A stretch of DNA of 49,410 nucleotides from Bacillota bacterium. GTDB taxonomy: Bacteria; Bacillota; Clostridia; TANB77; CAG-508. The translations under genes and the position numbers were made by a program. The stretch lies in assembly GCA_963929465.1 (NCBI GenBank), contig CAWVJG010000029.1:1-49410 (forward strand), read 5' to 3'. Positions 18,256 to 26,496 of the stretch are shown here, piece after piece. The notes beneath the pieces are model-generated. The model saw nothing but the letters and a program-made list of their open reading frames with translations, was not told the DNA's origin and did no database searches. Position 1 is the stretch's first letter. Each line of letters opens with the position of its first letter.

Positions 18256-19050
18256 TTATGATTTTTTAAATAATCTTTTTAATTTTGCAAAAAATCCTTT
18301 TTCTCTACCTGGTATCGTTACTTCTATTTTTTCTCCTAATACTCTTTTTGCAATTTCAATATATGCCTTTCCTGATGGTGCTCTTCTATTTTGTATAACT
18401 GGTTCACCTTTGTTGGTTTGTGTAATGATATATTCATCATCTGGTACAACACCAATTAAATCAATTGATAATAAATCTACAATATCATCTACATCCATCA
18501 TTTCACCTTTTCTTACCATATTTGGTCTTATTCTGTTAATAACCAATTCTGGATTTTTTATATCAGATGATTCTAAAAGTCCTATAATTCTATCAGCATC
18601 TCTTATTGCTGATATTTCTGCTGTTGTAACGACAATTGCTCTATCAGCTCCAGCAATTGCATTTTTGAATCCTTGTTCAATTCCAGCAGGACAATCTATT
18701 AATATATAGTCAAATTCTTCTTTTAATTTGCCTACTAAATTTCTCATTTGTTCTTCATTTACTGCGCTTTTATCTCTTGTTTGGGCCGCTGGTAATAGGT
18801 ATAATTCTTTAAAACGTTTATCTTTTATTAAAGCTTGTCTTAATTTGCATTTTTCTTCTACAACATCAACGATGTCATATACAATTCTATTTTCTAATCC
18901 CATAACAACATCTAAATTACGTAATCCTATATCTGTATCTATTAGTACTACTTTTTTTCCTTCTAATGCTAAACTAGAACCTAGATTTGCTGTTGTTGTT
19001 GTTTTTCCTACTCCACCTTTACCTGATGTGATAACAATTACTTCTCCCAT
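18256..19050 (-). CDS. minD: Septum site-determining ATPase MinD
   Basis: Deviant Walker A SGKGGVGKTT, 264 aa, followed by minE. Confidence 0.95.
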   Translation of the reverse strand: MGEVIVITSGKGGVGKTTTTANLGSSLALEGKKVVLIDTDIGLRNLDVVMGLENRIVYDIVDVVEEKCKLRQALIKDKRFKELYLLPAAQTRDKSAVNEEQMRNLVGKLKEEFDYILIDCPAGIEQGFKNAIAGADRAIVVTTAEISAIRDADRIIGLLESSDIKNPELVINRIRPNMVRKGEMMDVDDIVDLLSIDLIGVVPDDEYIITQTNKGEPVIQNRRAPSGKAYIEIAKRVLGEKIEVTIPGREKGFFAKLKRLFKKS

Positions 19051-19186
19051 AATTCTCCTCCTTAGGATTTAAAAACACATATTTTTTGATGTGTATATCA
19101 TATAACGAAATCCATTAATTGTCAATGATATTTCCCGCTAAAATTACAAAAATATTGCCAAAATATTACAGTTTTGTTACATAATT

Positions 19187-19220
19187 TTAAAAATCTGTAT
19201 TTACTACGGAAATACAGATT
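19187..19220 (-). terminator. Terminator after the pilin-like gene, upstream of minD
   Basis: An 11-bp stem aatctgtattt/aaatacagatt is followed by T5 on the minus strand. Confidence 0.65.
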
Positions 19221-19234
19221 TTCTAAATATTTTT

Positions 19235-19762
19235 TTATAAAATTGTCAATGTTTTTCTTCCAACTAATTTCACTTCTTCTGTATCTGGTTTTGAGTCAGT
19301 ATAATATATTTGTATGCTATCATGTTCTATAACTTCAATACCTTGTACATAAAAAATGTTATGACTTTCTTTATTGATAATATAAATATCTGTTAAATTT
19401 GGTGAATATGTGTAATTATTTGTTTTATATTTCTCATAATCTCTACCATAATTTAAAGTTAATCCTTCCAATTTTTCCAACTCTATGATATAAAATTTTC
19501 CTGTATCATTTGCACCTAAAACTTTCGCATTTTCTAAATTACTAACATCTTCATATTCTGTTTTAACTGGTATATCACCATGTTCTGAATAATATAATGA
19601 TACTTTATCTCTTAAATTTGCTATATCATTTTGCATATTTGTCAAATTTTTTATATATATACTATCTGTTGCAGAATAAAGAATCATACCTGTTATGATT
19701 AATACAATAATAACCGCTATTGATAATGAAATCAATGTAATTCCCTTATCTATGTTTATCAT
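19235..19762 (-). CDS. Pilin-like (class III signal-like N-terminus) membrane protein
   Basis: The N-terminus DKGITLISLSIAVIIVLII resembles the prepilin G/FTLIE motif, but Ser replaces the conserved Glu5. No pilus genes are nearby. Confidence 0.35.
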   Translation of the reverse strand: MINIDKGITLISLSIAVIIVLIITGMILYSATDSIYIKNLTNMQNDIANLRDKVSLYYSEHGDIPVKTEYEDVSNLENAKVLGANDTGKFYIIELEKLEGLTLNYGRDYEKYKTNNYTYSPNLTDIYIINKESHNIFYVQGIEVIEHDSIQIYYTDSKPDTEEVKLVGRKTLTIL

Positions 19763-19799
19763 TTATCTTACCTCCAGCTTTCTTTCGTGTAGCTAACAA

Positions 19800-20510
19800 C
19801 TAATTGGTTATTTTATGTTCAATAGATATGTCCTGTTGATTATCATCTTTATGTATTTCTTGTTGTATCATTTGATACAATATCTTTCTATTTTTGTATA
19901 TCTTATATTCCCTTATGTGTAATCCCCATAAGAAAATAATAACTAAAAATATAGCTATATTTTTTAAATATAAAATCGCTATACTACTGATGATTGTTAT
20001 CATTATTAAAGTTATGTAAGATATAATATATATGTACTGTTCAGCTATATGTTTTCCTTTCAACATATAAATTATACTTTTTAATATTCTTCCACCATCT
20101 AATGGATATATTGGTAATATATTAAATAAAATCAATGTTATATTTGAAAATATCATTCGTGTTACATCTTGTTCATTAAATTTCCAACTATCATACATCA
20201 TGAGAATGACGATGATGAATACATTTATGATTGGTCCAGCAAATGCTACAAATATTTTTTTGATTTCTAATAGATTTCCTTTTCCAATTTTTATATTGTA
20301 ATCCTCTCTTTTTATATCAAACTTTATTGATACACCAAATGGTTTTATCTCTATTTTTTCTGGTTTCATTCCTAATAAAATTCCAGCCAATAAATGTCCA
20401 AATTCATGTATGATTGCAAATATCATTATCATAGCGTATATCTCTATTTGATTGGTTATCAAGAACAATATCATGAGCATAAATATTTTTAAATCAATTC
20501 TAAACTTCAT
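19800..20510 (-). CDS. M50 site-2 metalloprotease (SpoIVFB-like)
   Basis: Polytopic protein with HEFGHLLA (HExxH) and LPIYPLDGGRIL (LDG motif). Confidence 0.75.
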   Translation of the reverse strand: MKFRIDLKIFMLMILFLITNQIEIYAMIMIFAIIHEFGHLLAGILLGMKPEKIEIKPFGVSIKFDIKREDYNIKIGKGNLLEIKKIFVAFAGPIINVFIIVILMMYDSWKFNEQDVTRMIFSNITLILFNILPIYPLDGGRILKSIIYMLKGKHIAEQYIYIISYITLIMITIISSIAILYLKNIAIFLVIIFLWGLHIREYKIYKNRKILYQMIQQEIHKDDNQQDISIEHKITN

Positions 20511-20520
20511 TCTTTCTCCT

Positions 20521-21423
20521 TTATAATTCTAATATCTTTTGTGGATCAACCGTTCTTTCCGATATTCGAATTTCAAAATGCAAATGTGGACCTGTTGAAT
20601 TTCCAGTAGAACCTACTTCTGCTATTTCTTGTCCTTGTGTAACCATATCACCTTCTTTTACATACAAAGCGTTGCAATGTGCATAAATGATACTGACTTC
20701 TCCTATTTGTATTTTGATATGTTTTCCATAATCACCCTCTTCTGAAGCCAAAACTACCTGACCATCAGTTGCTGATTTTATTTTGGTTCCTGTTATTGCC
20801 GCTATGTCTGTTCCTGTGTGATCTTTGGGTACTGTTCCTGTTGCCGTTTCTCGATATCCATATACAGAACTAATCGTTCCTTCTACTGGTTTTATAAAAC
20901 TTGTTGTATTTTTCACATTAAGGATATCTTGCTCTTCTTGAGATAAATTTTGATTTTCTTCTACTTGTGTAGTTTCTTCTATATTTTCCTCTACTGCACC
21001 TCCAATACCATTATTTATTTCTGTATTTTCTGTTACATTTACCTCATTATTTTCCTGAGTTTCATTTTGATTTTCATTCTGATTTTCATTTTCTTTATTG
21101 AAAATTCCCATTATAAAGTTTTTACTATCTTCATATAATTTTTTAAAATCAATATCATAAGAAATAATTTCATTTACCTTGTTAATAAAATCTTCTGAAA
21201 AAATATATTGCTTATTTTGTATTGTATAAATGACTAGATAAATACATATACATATCATGAGTTGAATAACCATTTTTTTTAGTAATTTTATATCTTTTTT
21301 CTCATTTTTTTCTTTTTTACTTTCTTTCTCTTGAACAACAGTTAGTCCTTCATTTCTTTTTCGGCGTTCATAAATTTCCTCTGCTCGTCTAATTCTTTCT
21401 TCTACTGTCATTGCCCTTTCCAT
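20521..21423 (-). CDS. M23 family metallopeptidase (SpoIVFA/SpoIIQ-like position)
   Basis: N-terminal TM helix, an N/E/Q-rich linker, and a C-terminal LytM domain with HTGTDIA and GPHLHFEI. Confidence 0.8.
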   Translation of the reverse strand: MERAMTVEERIRRAEEIYERRKRNEGLTVVQEKESKKEKNEKKDIKLLKKMVIQLMICICIYLVIYTIQNKQYIFSEDFINKVNEIISYDIDFKKLYEDSKNFIMGIFNKENENQNENQNETQENNEVNVTENTEINNGIGGAVEENIEETTQVEENQNLSQEEQDILNVKNTTSFIKPVEGTISSVYGYRETATGTVPKDHTGTDIAAITGTKIKSATDGQVVLASEEGDYGKHIKIQIGEVSIIYAHCNALYVKEGDMVTQGQEIAEVGSTGNSTGPHLHFEIRISERTVDPQKILEL

Positions 21424-21484
21424 AAAACAACACCTCTTCCTTGGTTTCTTGTTAAACTATATGTTAGGAAAAGGTGTTTTATAC

Positions 21485-21820
21485 CTATTTAATGATTAAT
21501 AATATAAATTGCAGAACTATAATAATACTTGCTATATATGCATATTTTTTTAGTTTTCTATTAATTCTAGCATTTAATATCACTTCTTTTTCAGATTTTT
21601 CTACTTTTTCTATATATTCTGATACTAACATTTCTGCTTCTTTTATAGCATATTGGTTATCTTCAGCTTTTCTATTTACTTGCTTTTTTTCAGTATTCTT
21701 ATTTATCTTTTGGAATTTTTTTATCATTTTGTTAGATTTAAAAACCACATAGGCTTCTTTTACTATATTTGATGGTAAGTCTTTTAAAACAACCATATTT
21801 TTTAAATCGATATCTTCCAT
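21485..21820 (-). CDS. Hypothetical C-terminally anchored 111-aa protein
   Basis: Intact ORF upstream of the M23 gene with a charged body and a C-terminal TM helix (YAYIASIIIVLQFILLII). No family recognised. Confidence 0.45.
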   Translation of the reverse strand: MEDIDLKNMVVLKDLPSNIVKEAYVVFKSNKMIKKFQKINKNTEKKQVNRKAEDNQYAIKEAEMLVSEYIEKVEKSEKEVILNARINRKLKKYAYIASIIIVLQFILLIIK

Positions 21821-21883
21821 CTGTACCTCCTTAGTTTCTTATGTATTTATTTTCAGTATTTCCATAATTTTTCATTTTATACA

Positions 21884-21921
21884 TGAAAAACAGGCACATC
21901 ATATTTATGACGCACCTGTTT
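21884..21921 (-). terminator. Terminator of the lipoprotein gene
   Basis: An imperfect hairpin aacagg...cctgtt is followed by a T-run on the minus strand. Confidence 0.45.
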
Positions 21922-21932
21922 CTCTCCAGGAC

Positions 21933-22256
21933 TTACAACTGTTGATACATGTCTAGTCCTTCAATATCTGTGGTAATATATTCACTTAGAATTCCCAAAA
22001 CCTCATCTAAAACCTTCTCCTGTTCCTCAAGAGAAAGTTCTTGTTCCATCGCCTGATGGATGATGTCTTGGAGCTCTGTCGCCTCTTCTGGCGGCATGAG
22101 CAGTACAGCTAATGACTCCGCCAGACCTAATTGATATGCATTTTGAGCATATTCTTGCCGATCTGCTTGTATCTCCTGTGTCTTAGGATTTGACCCCCTG
22201 CACCCATACAGAGCCATACACGTTATTACTACCATTCCTATTACCCGTTTTCTCAT
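21933..22256 (-). CDS. Small lipoprotein, compositionally foreign
   Basis: Signal peptide plus lipobox (MALYGC). It has its own TTGCAT-17-TATAAT promoter and RBS AGGAGG. Its DNA is visibly richer in G+C than the flanks (not computed). Confidence 0.6.
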   Translation of the reverse strand: MRKRVIGMVVITCMALYGCRGSNPKTQEIQADRQEYAQNAYQLGLAESLAVLLMPPEEATELQDIIHQAMEQELSLEEQEKVLDEVLGILSEYITTDIEGLDMYQQL

Positions 22257-22288
22257 ACCGAAAACCTCCTAATATTTTTTATCGCTAT

Positions 22289-22317
22289 ATTATACCAAAC
22301 TTACCTTCTTAATGCAA
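22289..22317 (-). promoter_or_regulatory. SigA-type promoter of the lipoprotein gene
   Basis: On the minus strand, TTGCAT-17 nt-TATAAT, about 30 nt upstream of the ATG at 22256. Confidence 0.55.
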
Positions 22318-22374
22318 ATTATTTTTTATACATCTGAGTCAATTTTTTCAATATCAATGTAAGAACAAAAATAT

Positions 22375-22452
22375 TTAACCACTATATATACTATTTCCTT
22401 TTGTATCATCAAAAGAACTTTGTGAATGAGTAGCCATTCTTACATTTTTCAT
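22375..22452 (-). CDS. Candidate 25-aa small ORF (MKNVRMATHSQSSFDDTKGNSIYSG)
   Basis: AGGAGG lies 7 nt before the ATG. It is too short for the 60-aa ORF track, and there is no other support. Confidence 0.3.
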   Translation of the reverse strand: MKNVRMATHSQSSFDDTKGNSIYSG

Positions 22453-22497
22453 TTTTTAGCCTCCTAGCACTTACTCTCACATAATTAACAAAATTAT

Positions 22498-22526
22498 TTG
22501 ACAAATTTATTTAATCTGTGTATAAT
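22498..22526 (+). promoter_or_regulatory. SigA-type promoter (sRNA copy 2)
   Basis: TTGACA-17 nt-TATAAT with an upstream TGTG, near-identical to 9458-9486. Confidence 0.6.
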
Positions 22527-22531
22527 AATTA

Positions 22532-22620
22532 TAGGAAATGGAGAAACCACAAACGTGGTCAACCTCGGAATAATGTTTTAGACACATCAAACTTTGGCGA
22601 GTTTACAGATGTGTCTTTTG
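22532..22620 (+). ncRNA. Candidate antitoxin-type small RNA, copy 2
   Basis: The promoter is TTGACA-17-TATAAT (22498-22526). The transcript starts AUAGGAAAU, contains the hairpin CCACAAACGUGG and an ACCUC anti-SD-like box. Its terminator is agacacatc/gatgtgtct (22580-22616) plus TTTT, ending 3 nt from the toxin-like ORF stop. Confidence 0.5.
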
Positions 22621-22622
22621 GG

Positions 22623-22745
22623 TTATTTGCTCTTACGAAGTAGTATTACAAGTGCTATTATCGAAGTAAGAGCTATGATAGTTACTCCAATTAATGAATA
22701 ATATAATATGTATATTGTTGCAATTAATGTTTATATTTCTACCAT
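22623..22745 (-). pseudogene. Type I toxin-like hydrophobic peptide ORF interrupted by an in-frame TAA at codon 5
   Basis: GGAGGTGAGG precedes the ATG. The reading is MVEI*TLIATIYILYYSLIGVTIIALTSIIALVILLRKSK, one TM helix with a basic tail. There is an anti-SD CCUCC just upstream, and a convergent sRNA abuts the 3' end. Confidence 0.5.
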
Positions 22746-22866
22746 AAGCCTCACCTCCTTGTTGGAGGCAAACCACATCTGCTTATAACGCTGCCAAATT
22801 GCGAAGCAATTTGTGTATTATTCAGGTAAGCGTTATATCTAGATATTCTCATTTCCTATGTTTAAT

Positions 22867-22895
22867 ACTATACAACATTTGTTTGTCAAAATCAA
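22867..22895 (-). promoter_or_regulatory. Putative promoter of the toxin-like transcript
   Basis: On the minus strand, TTGATT-17 nt-TATAGT. It is homologous to 9632-9660 (TTGTTT-17-TATAGT). Confidence 0.4.
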
Positions 22896-23345
22896 GCGAA
22901 CAAATCAAAATTTCACAAAAAAATACTAATTACTGTTTTCAGTAATTAGCTTTTAATTCTCACAATTAATTCACCTTTTATTTTTTAATATCAATTTTTT
23001 TCATTCCCTCAATTATTAATTTTAATCCATCATATAATCCATGTTTATACATTGATTTTTCTATTGTATCTTCTATCTCATCTATAACATTTGCATATTC
23101 TTTCATTACCTTTTTCTGTTTTCTTTTCTATTATTTGATACAAAAAACCTCCAATTTCTACTGATTAACATTTTTTTATATTAACCAATAAATCTTGGAA
23201 GTTTATTGTTCTATGAATATTTCATTTATCGCTTTGGTTGCTGATTTTTTACTGTTTCTATGACTATTTTCATATAGTTTATAGCCTTACAGGCAGATTG
23301 TTTAATTTTATGTATTCTTACTCTTGCAATACTTTTAAGCATATC

Positions 23346-24170
23346 TTATGCTGATTTTAATTCAAGACGTAACTTATCAGCTATCATTGCTATAAATTCA
23401 CTATTTGTTGGCTTTCCTTTTGCAGCTGAAATAGTATAACCAAATATATTTTCAACAATTTCTTGTTGTCCTCTTCCCCACGCAACTTCAATTGCATGAC
23501 GAATTGCCCTTTCTACGCGACTTGGTGTCGTATTAAATTTGCGTGCAATTTGTGGATATAGACTTTTTGTAATTTGATTAATCACATCTATATCATTTAC
23601 CACCATCATAATGGCTTCTCTTAAATATTGATATCCTTTAATATGTGCAGGTACACCAACTTCATGAATAATATTGGTTACCAATGCTTCTAAATTTTCT
23701 TCTGACTTTGTATTATCAGGAGATATTTCTATGTATTGTGGCCTTGTTTCTCTTGTTATAAAATTATTATTTGTATTTGTTGCTGTTGGTTTATAAAATT
23801 TAAACTCTCTTATTCTTTGTATTAATACTTCAATATCAAAAGGCTTTACTACATAATATTGTGCTCCTAATTCTATGGCTCTTTGTGTAATTTTATCTTG
23901 TCCAACTGCTGACAGCATAATGCAAATTGGTTTTTTGGCTATTTTAATTTTATTAATATTTTCTAAAACACCTAATCCATCTAAATGTGGCATAATCACA
24001 TCTAGTAATATAACATCTGGTACTGTATTTGCAATAATATCTATTACTTCTGTTCCATCTTTTGCTTTTGCTATAACCTCCATATCTTCTTGTGCATCTA
24101 TATATGATGCTAATGTTTGACTAAATTCTTGATTGTCATCTGCTATTAAGACTGTAATCTTTTCTTTCAT
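23346..24170 (-). CDS. spo0A: Sporulation master regulator Spo0A
   Basis: Receiver domain plus a C-terminal Spo0A DNA-binding domain with [15 protein letters not shown]. Confidence 0.95.
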   Translation of the reverse strand: MKEKITVLIADDNQEFSQTLASYIDAQEDMEVIAKAKDGTEVIDIIANTVPDVILLDVIMPHLDGLGVLENINKIKIAKKPICIMLSAVGQDKITQRAIELGAQYYVVKPFDIEVLIQRIREFKFYKPTATNTNNNFITRETRPQYIEISPDNTKSEENLEALVTNIIHEVGVPAHIKGYQYLREAIMMVVNDIDVINQITKSLYPQIARKFNTTPSRVERAIRHAIEVAWGRGQQEIVENIFGYTISAAKGKPTNSEFIAMIADKLRLELKSA

Positions 24171-24281
24171 AATTTTTCCTCCAAAAATAAATTGTAAATA
24201 TTTTACAATTCAGATTATATGCTTGCAGATGATAATTTGCAAGATAAATTGGTAATTTTTTCCATTAATTTTATAAAACAA

Positions 24282-24920
24282 TTATTTTGATATACTTTTT
24301 TCTATATATTTTTTAGATAAAACTTGTATATTCAATAAATTAATATTTTTTAATGCATAATCTTTTAATAAATTCTCTTTTTTATCTTCTTCCATTTCTA
24401 TTTTACAAACAATTTCTTCTGTATAACTTGTATCTTTTATTTGAATATCATTATTTTTACAATAATACTTAAATTTTTCAAAATAATTGTATTCTAACTT
24501 CACTTCACACTCTGTTCCTATCGTAACCTCTAGCAAATTACTTTCTTCGATTGCTTTTTGTAAACTATCTGAATATGCTCTTACTAACCCACCCGTTCCT
24601 AGCAGTATTCCTCCAAAATATCTTGTTATAACAATCAATACATTTACCAAATTATTCTTTTGTAGAATATTTAACATTGGTCCTCCTGCTGTTCCAGAAG
24701 GTTCTCCATCATCACTAAATCTTTCTACTATCTTTTCATCTTCTAGTACTCTATAAGAAATACAATTATGTCTTGCATCAAAATATTTTTTCTTTATTTT
24801 TTTGATTTCTTCCTCAGCTTGTTCCTTTGATGTTACTTTTATAAAATTTGCTATAAATTTTGATTTTTTTACAACAATTTCTGTTTCTATATTGTTTTTT
24901 ATTGTTAGATATCGATTCAT
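24282..24920 (-). CDS. yigZ: YigZ / IMPACT family protein
   Basis: Motifs KSKFIANF and DDGEPSGTAGGPML, 212 aa. Confidence 0.8.
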   Translation of the reverse strand: MNRYLTIKNNIETEIVVKKSKFIANFIKVTSKEQAEEEIKKIKKKYFDARHNCISYRVLEDEKIVERFSDDGEPSGTAGGPMLNILQKNNLVNVLIVITRYFGGILLGTGGLVRAYSDSLQKAIEESNLLEVTIGTECEVKLEYNYFEKFKYYCKNNDIQIKDTSYTEEIVCKIEMEEDKKENLLKDYALKNINLLNIQVLSKKYIEKSISK

Positions 24921-24947
24921 TTTTTATTCCTTTTCTTTTTTATTTTT

Positions 24948-24978
24948 GTCCCATTGGGGACGTTTCTGTTTGGGACAT
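24948..24978. repeat. Repeat V1 (31 bp)
   Basis: gtcccattggggacgtttctgtttgggacat matches 26466-26496 at 29 of 31 positions, in the same orientation. Confidence 0.85.
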
Positions 24979-24981
24979 TTT

Positions 24982-25169
24982 GAGGGATTTTGGGGACGGA
25001 CTCATTTTTCCCTTTTTTATAATTTTAAATTATCCTACTATTACATAATTACTTAGAATATGATTTGATAAATCTAAAATTAGTTTTGTAAAAATAATTT
25101 TTTTGTAGTCTATATCTCAGATTTCGTGATTTAAAAAAGGGAAAAATGAGTCCGTCCCCAAAATCCCTC
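24982..25169. repeat. Repeat A3: 188-bp element with perfect 35-bp terminal inverted repeats
   Basis: gagggattttggggacggactcatttttccctttt at 24982-25016 has its exact reverse complement at 25135-25169, with a 118-bp AT-rich spacer and no ORF. Confidence 0.9.
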
Positions 25170-25188
25170 AAAATTCCTAAATCAGACA

Positions 25189-26496
25189 CTAGTTTAAACC
25201 TGCCACATAACCTGTAGAATATGCTATTTGCAAATTAAATCCTCCTGTATAGCTATCTACATCAATAATTTCTCCTGCAAAAAATAATCCTTTCACTTTT
25301 TTAGATTCCATTGTTTTTGGATTAATTTCTTTGATATTAACTCCTCCACTTGTAATGATTGCCTCTTCTATTGGCCTAAATCCTCTTATTATGATTTCAA
25401 AGTCTTTGATTTCTTTTATTAGTTGTTCTCTTTCCTTTTTTGTTATTTCATTTACTTTTTTATTAGGATTTATTTTACTTCTTGCAATCACAACAGGTAT
25501 TAATTTCTGTGGTAACAATTTGTCTAAACTATTTTTAAATTGTTTATTTTTTGCATCTTCAAAATCTCTTAAGATTCTGTCATTTAATTTCTTTTCATCT
25601 AAAGCTGGTTTTAAATCTATTTTTAAAACTATCTTTTTTTCATGAAATAATTTATCAATATTTTTATATCTAACCAAATGTGCCGATGAACTTAAAATGG
25701 TTGGGCCTGAAACGCCAAAATGTGTAAATACCATTTCTCCAAAATCTTCATATATTTGCTTATGTTTTTCTATATCGATTAACTTGATTTCCACATTTCT
25801 TAAACTTAATCCCTGTAATTCCTTACATTCTGCTTTATCATATACCTCTAAAGGAACTAGCGATGGTTTTATTTCTGTTATACTATGTCCTAATTTTTCT
25901 ACTAATTGATATCCATCACCTGTTGAGCCTGTTAATGGATAACTTTTTCCTCCTGTGGCTAATATGACTTTATTTGCGTTTATGATTTCTCTATCTGTTT
26001 TTACTCCAATAACTGTATTTTCTCCATCTACCATTTCTGTTAAAATCTCTACAACTCTTGTATTATATTTTATATCTATATCTAATTCCTTAATTTTTTT
26101 AGTAAAACATTTTAAAACATCTATAGATTTATCTGTTACTGGAAAGATTCTGTTTCCTCTTTCTTCTTTTACTTCTAGTCCTTGTTGTTTTAGAAATTGA
26201 ATGATGTCTTGATTAGTATATTGCTGATAAGCACTATATAAAAACATACCATTTCCTGGTGTATTTTTGATAAAATCTTCCATCTCTAAAGAAGATGTAA
26301 TGTTACATCTTCCTTTTCCTGTAATTAAGAGCTTTTTACCTAATTGATTATTTTTTTCTATTATCAATACGTCATTTTTATTTTCTTTAGCCGTAATCGC
26401 TGCCATCATTCCAGCAGGACCACCACCAATCACTATTACTTTATCCAAAACCAATTCCTTTCTATGTCCAATTGGGGACGTTTCTATTTGGGACAT
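25189..26496 (-). CDS. BaiN/HI0933-family NAD(P)/FAD-dependent oxidoreductase
   Basis: Motifs VIVIGGGPAGMMAA and TGKGRCNITS. The ATG at 26496 overlaps the upstream stop (TAATG), but the first 10 codons are the V2 repeat. An alternative TTG at 26448 follows AAAGGA. Confidence 0.8.
   Translation of the reverse strand: MSQIETSPIGHRKELVLDKVIVIGGGPAGMMAAITAKENKNDVLIIEKNNQLGKKLLITGKGRCNITSSLEMEDFIKNTPGNGMFLYSAYQQYTNQDIIQFLKQQGLEVKEERGNRIFPVTDKSIDVLKCFTKKIKELDIDIKYNTRVVEILTEMVDGENTVIGVKTDREIINANKVILATGGKSYPLTGSTGDGYQLVEKLGHSITEIKPSLVPLEVYDKAECKELQGLSLRNVEIKLIDIEKHKQIYEDFGEMVFTHFGVSGPTILSSSAHLVRYKNIDKLFHEKKIVLKIDLKPALDEKKLNDRILRDFEDAKNKQFKNSLDKLLPQKLIPVVIARSKINPNKKVNEITKKEREQLIKEIKDFEIIIRGFRPIEEAIITSGGVNIKEINPKTMESKKVKGLFFAGEIIDVDSYTGGFNLQIAYSTGYVAGLN
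26466..26496. repeat. Repeat V2 (31 bp)
   Basis: gtccaattggggacgtttctatttgggacat is the direct-repeat partner of V1. It overlaps the annotated first 10 codons of the BaiN-like ORF. Confidence 0.85.

Noticed and set aside
22978-23106. 42-codon minus-strand ORF (MKEYANVIDEIEDTIEKSMYKHGLYDGLKLIIEGMKKIDIKK) downstream of spo0A.
   Set aside because: The only SD-like sequence (AAAGG) is 2 nt from the ATG, which is too close. There is no other support, so it is not called as a feature.
24171-24281. Spo0A autoregulatory 0A boxes (TGNCGAA) upstream of spo0A.
   Set aside because: I found no match to the box on either strand in the spacer.
24948-25169. CRISPR array or other regularly spaced repeats built from the GGGGAC-containing motifs.
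   Set aside because: There is no regular repeat-spacer periodicity and no cas genes. The repeats are inverted or scattered in separate spacers. The TTGGGG strings are too few and irregular to be telomere-like.
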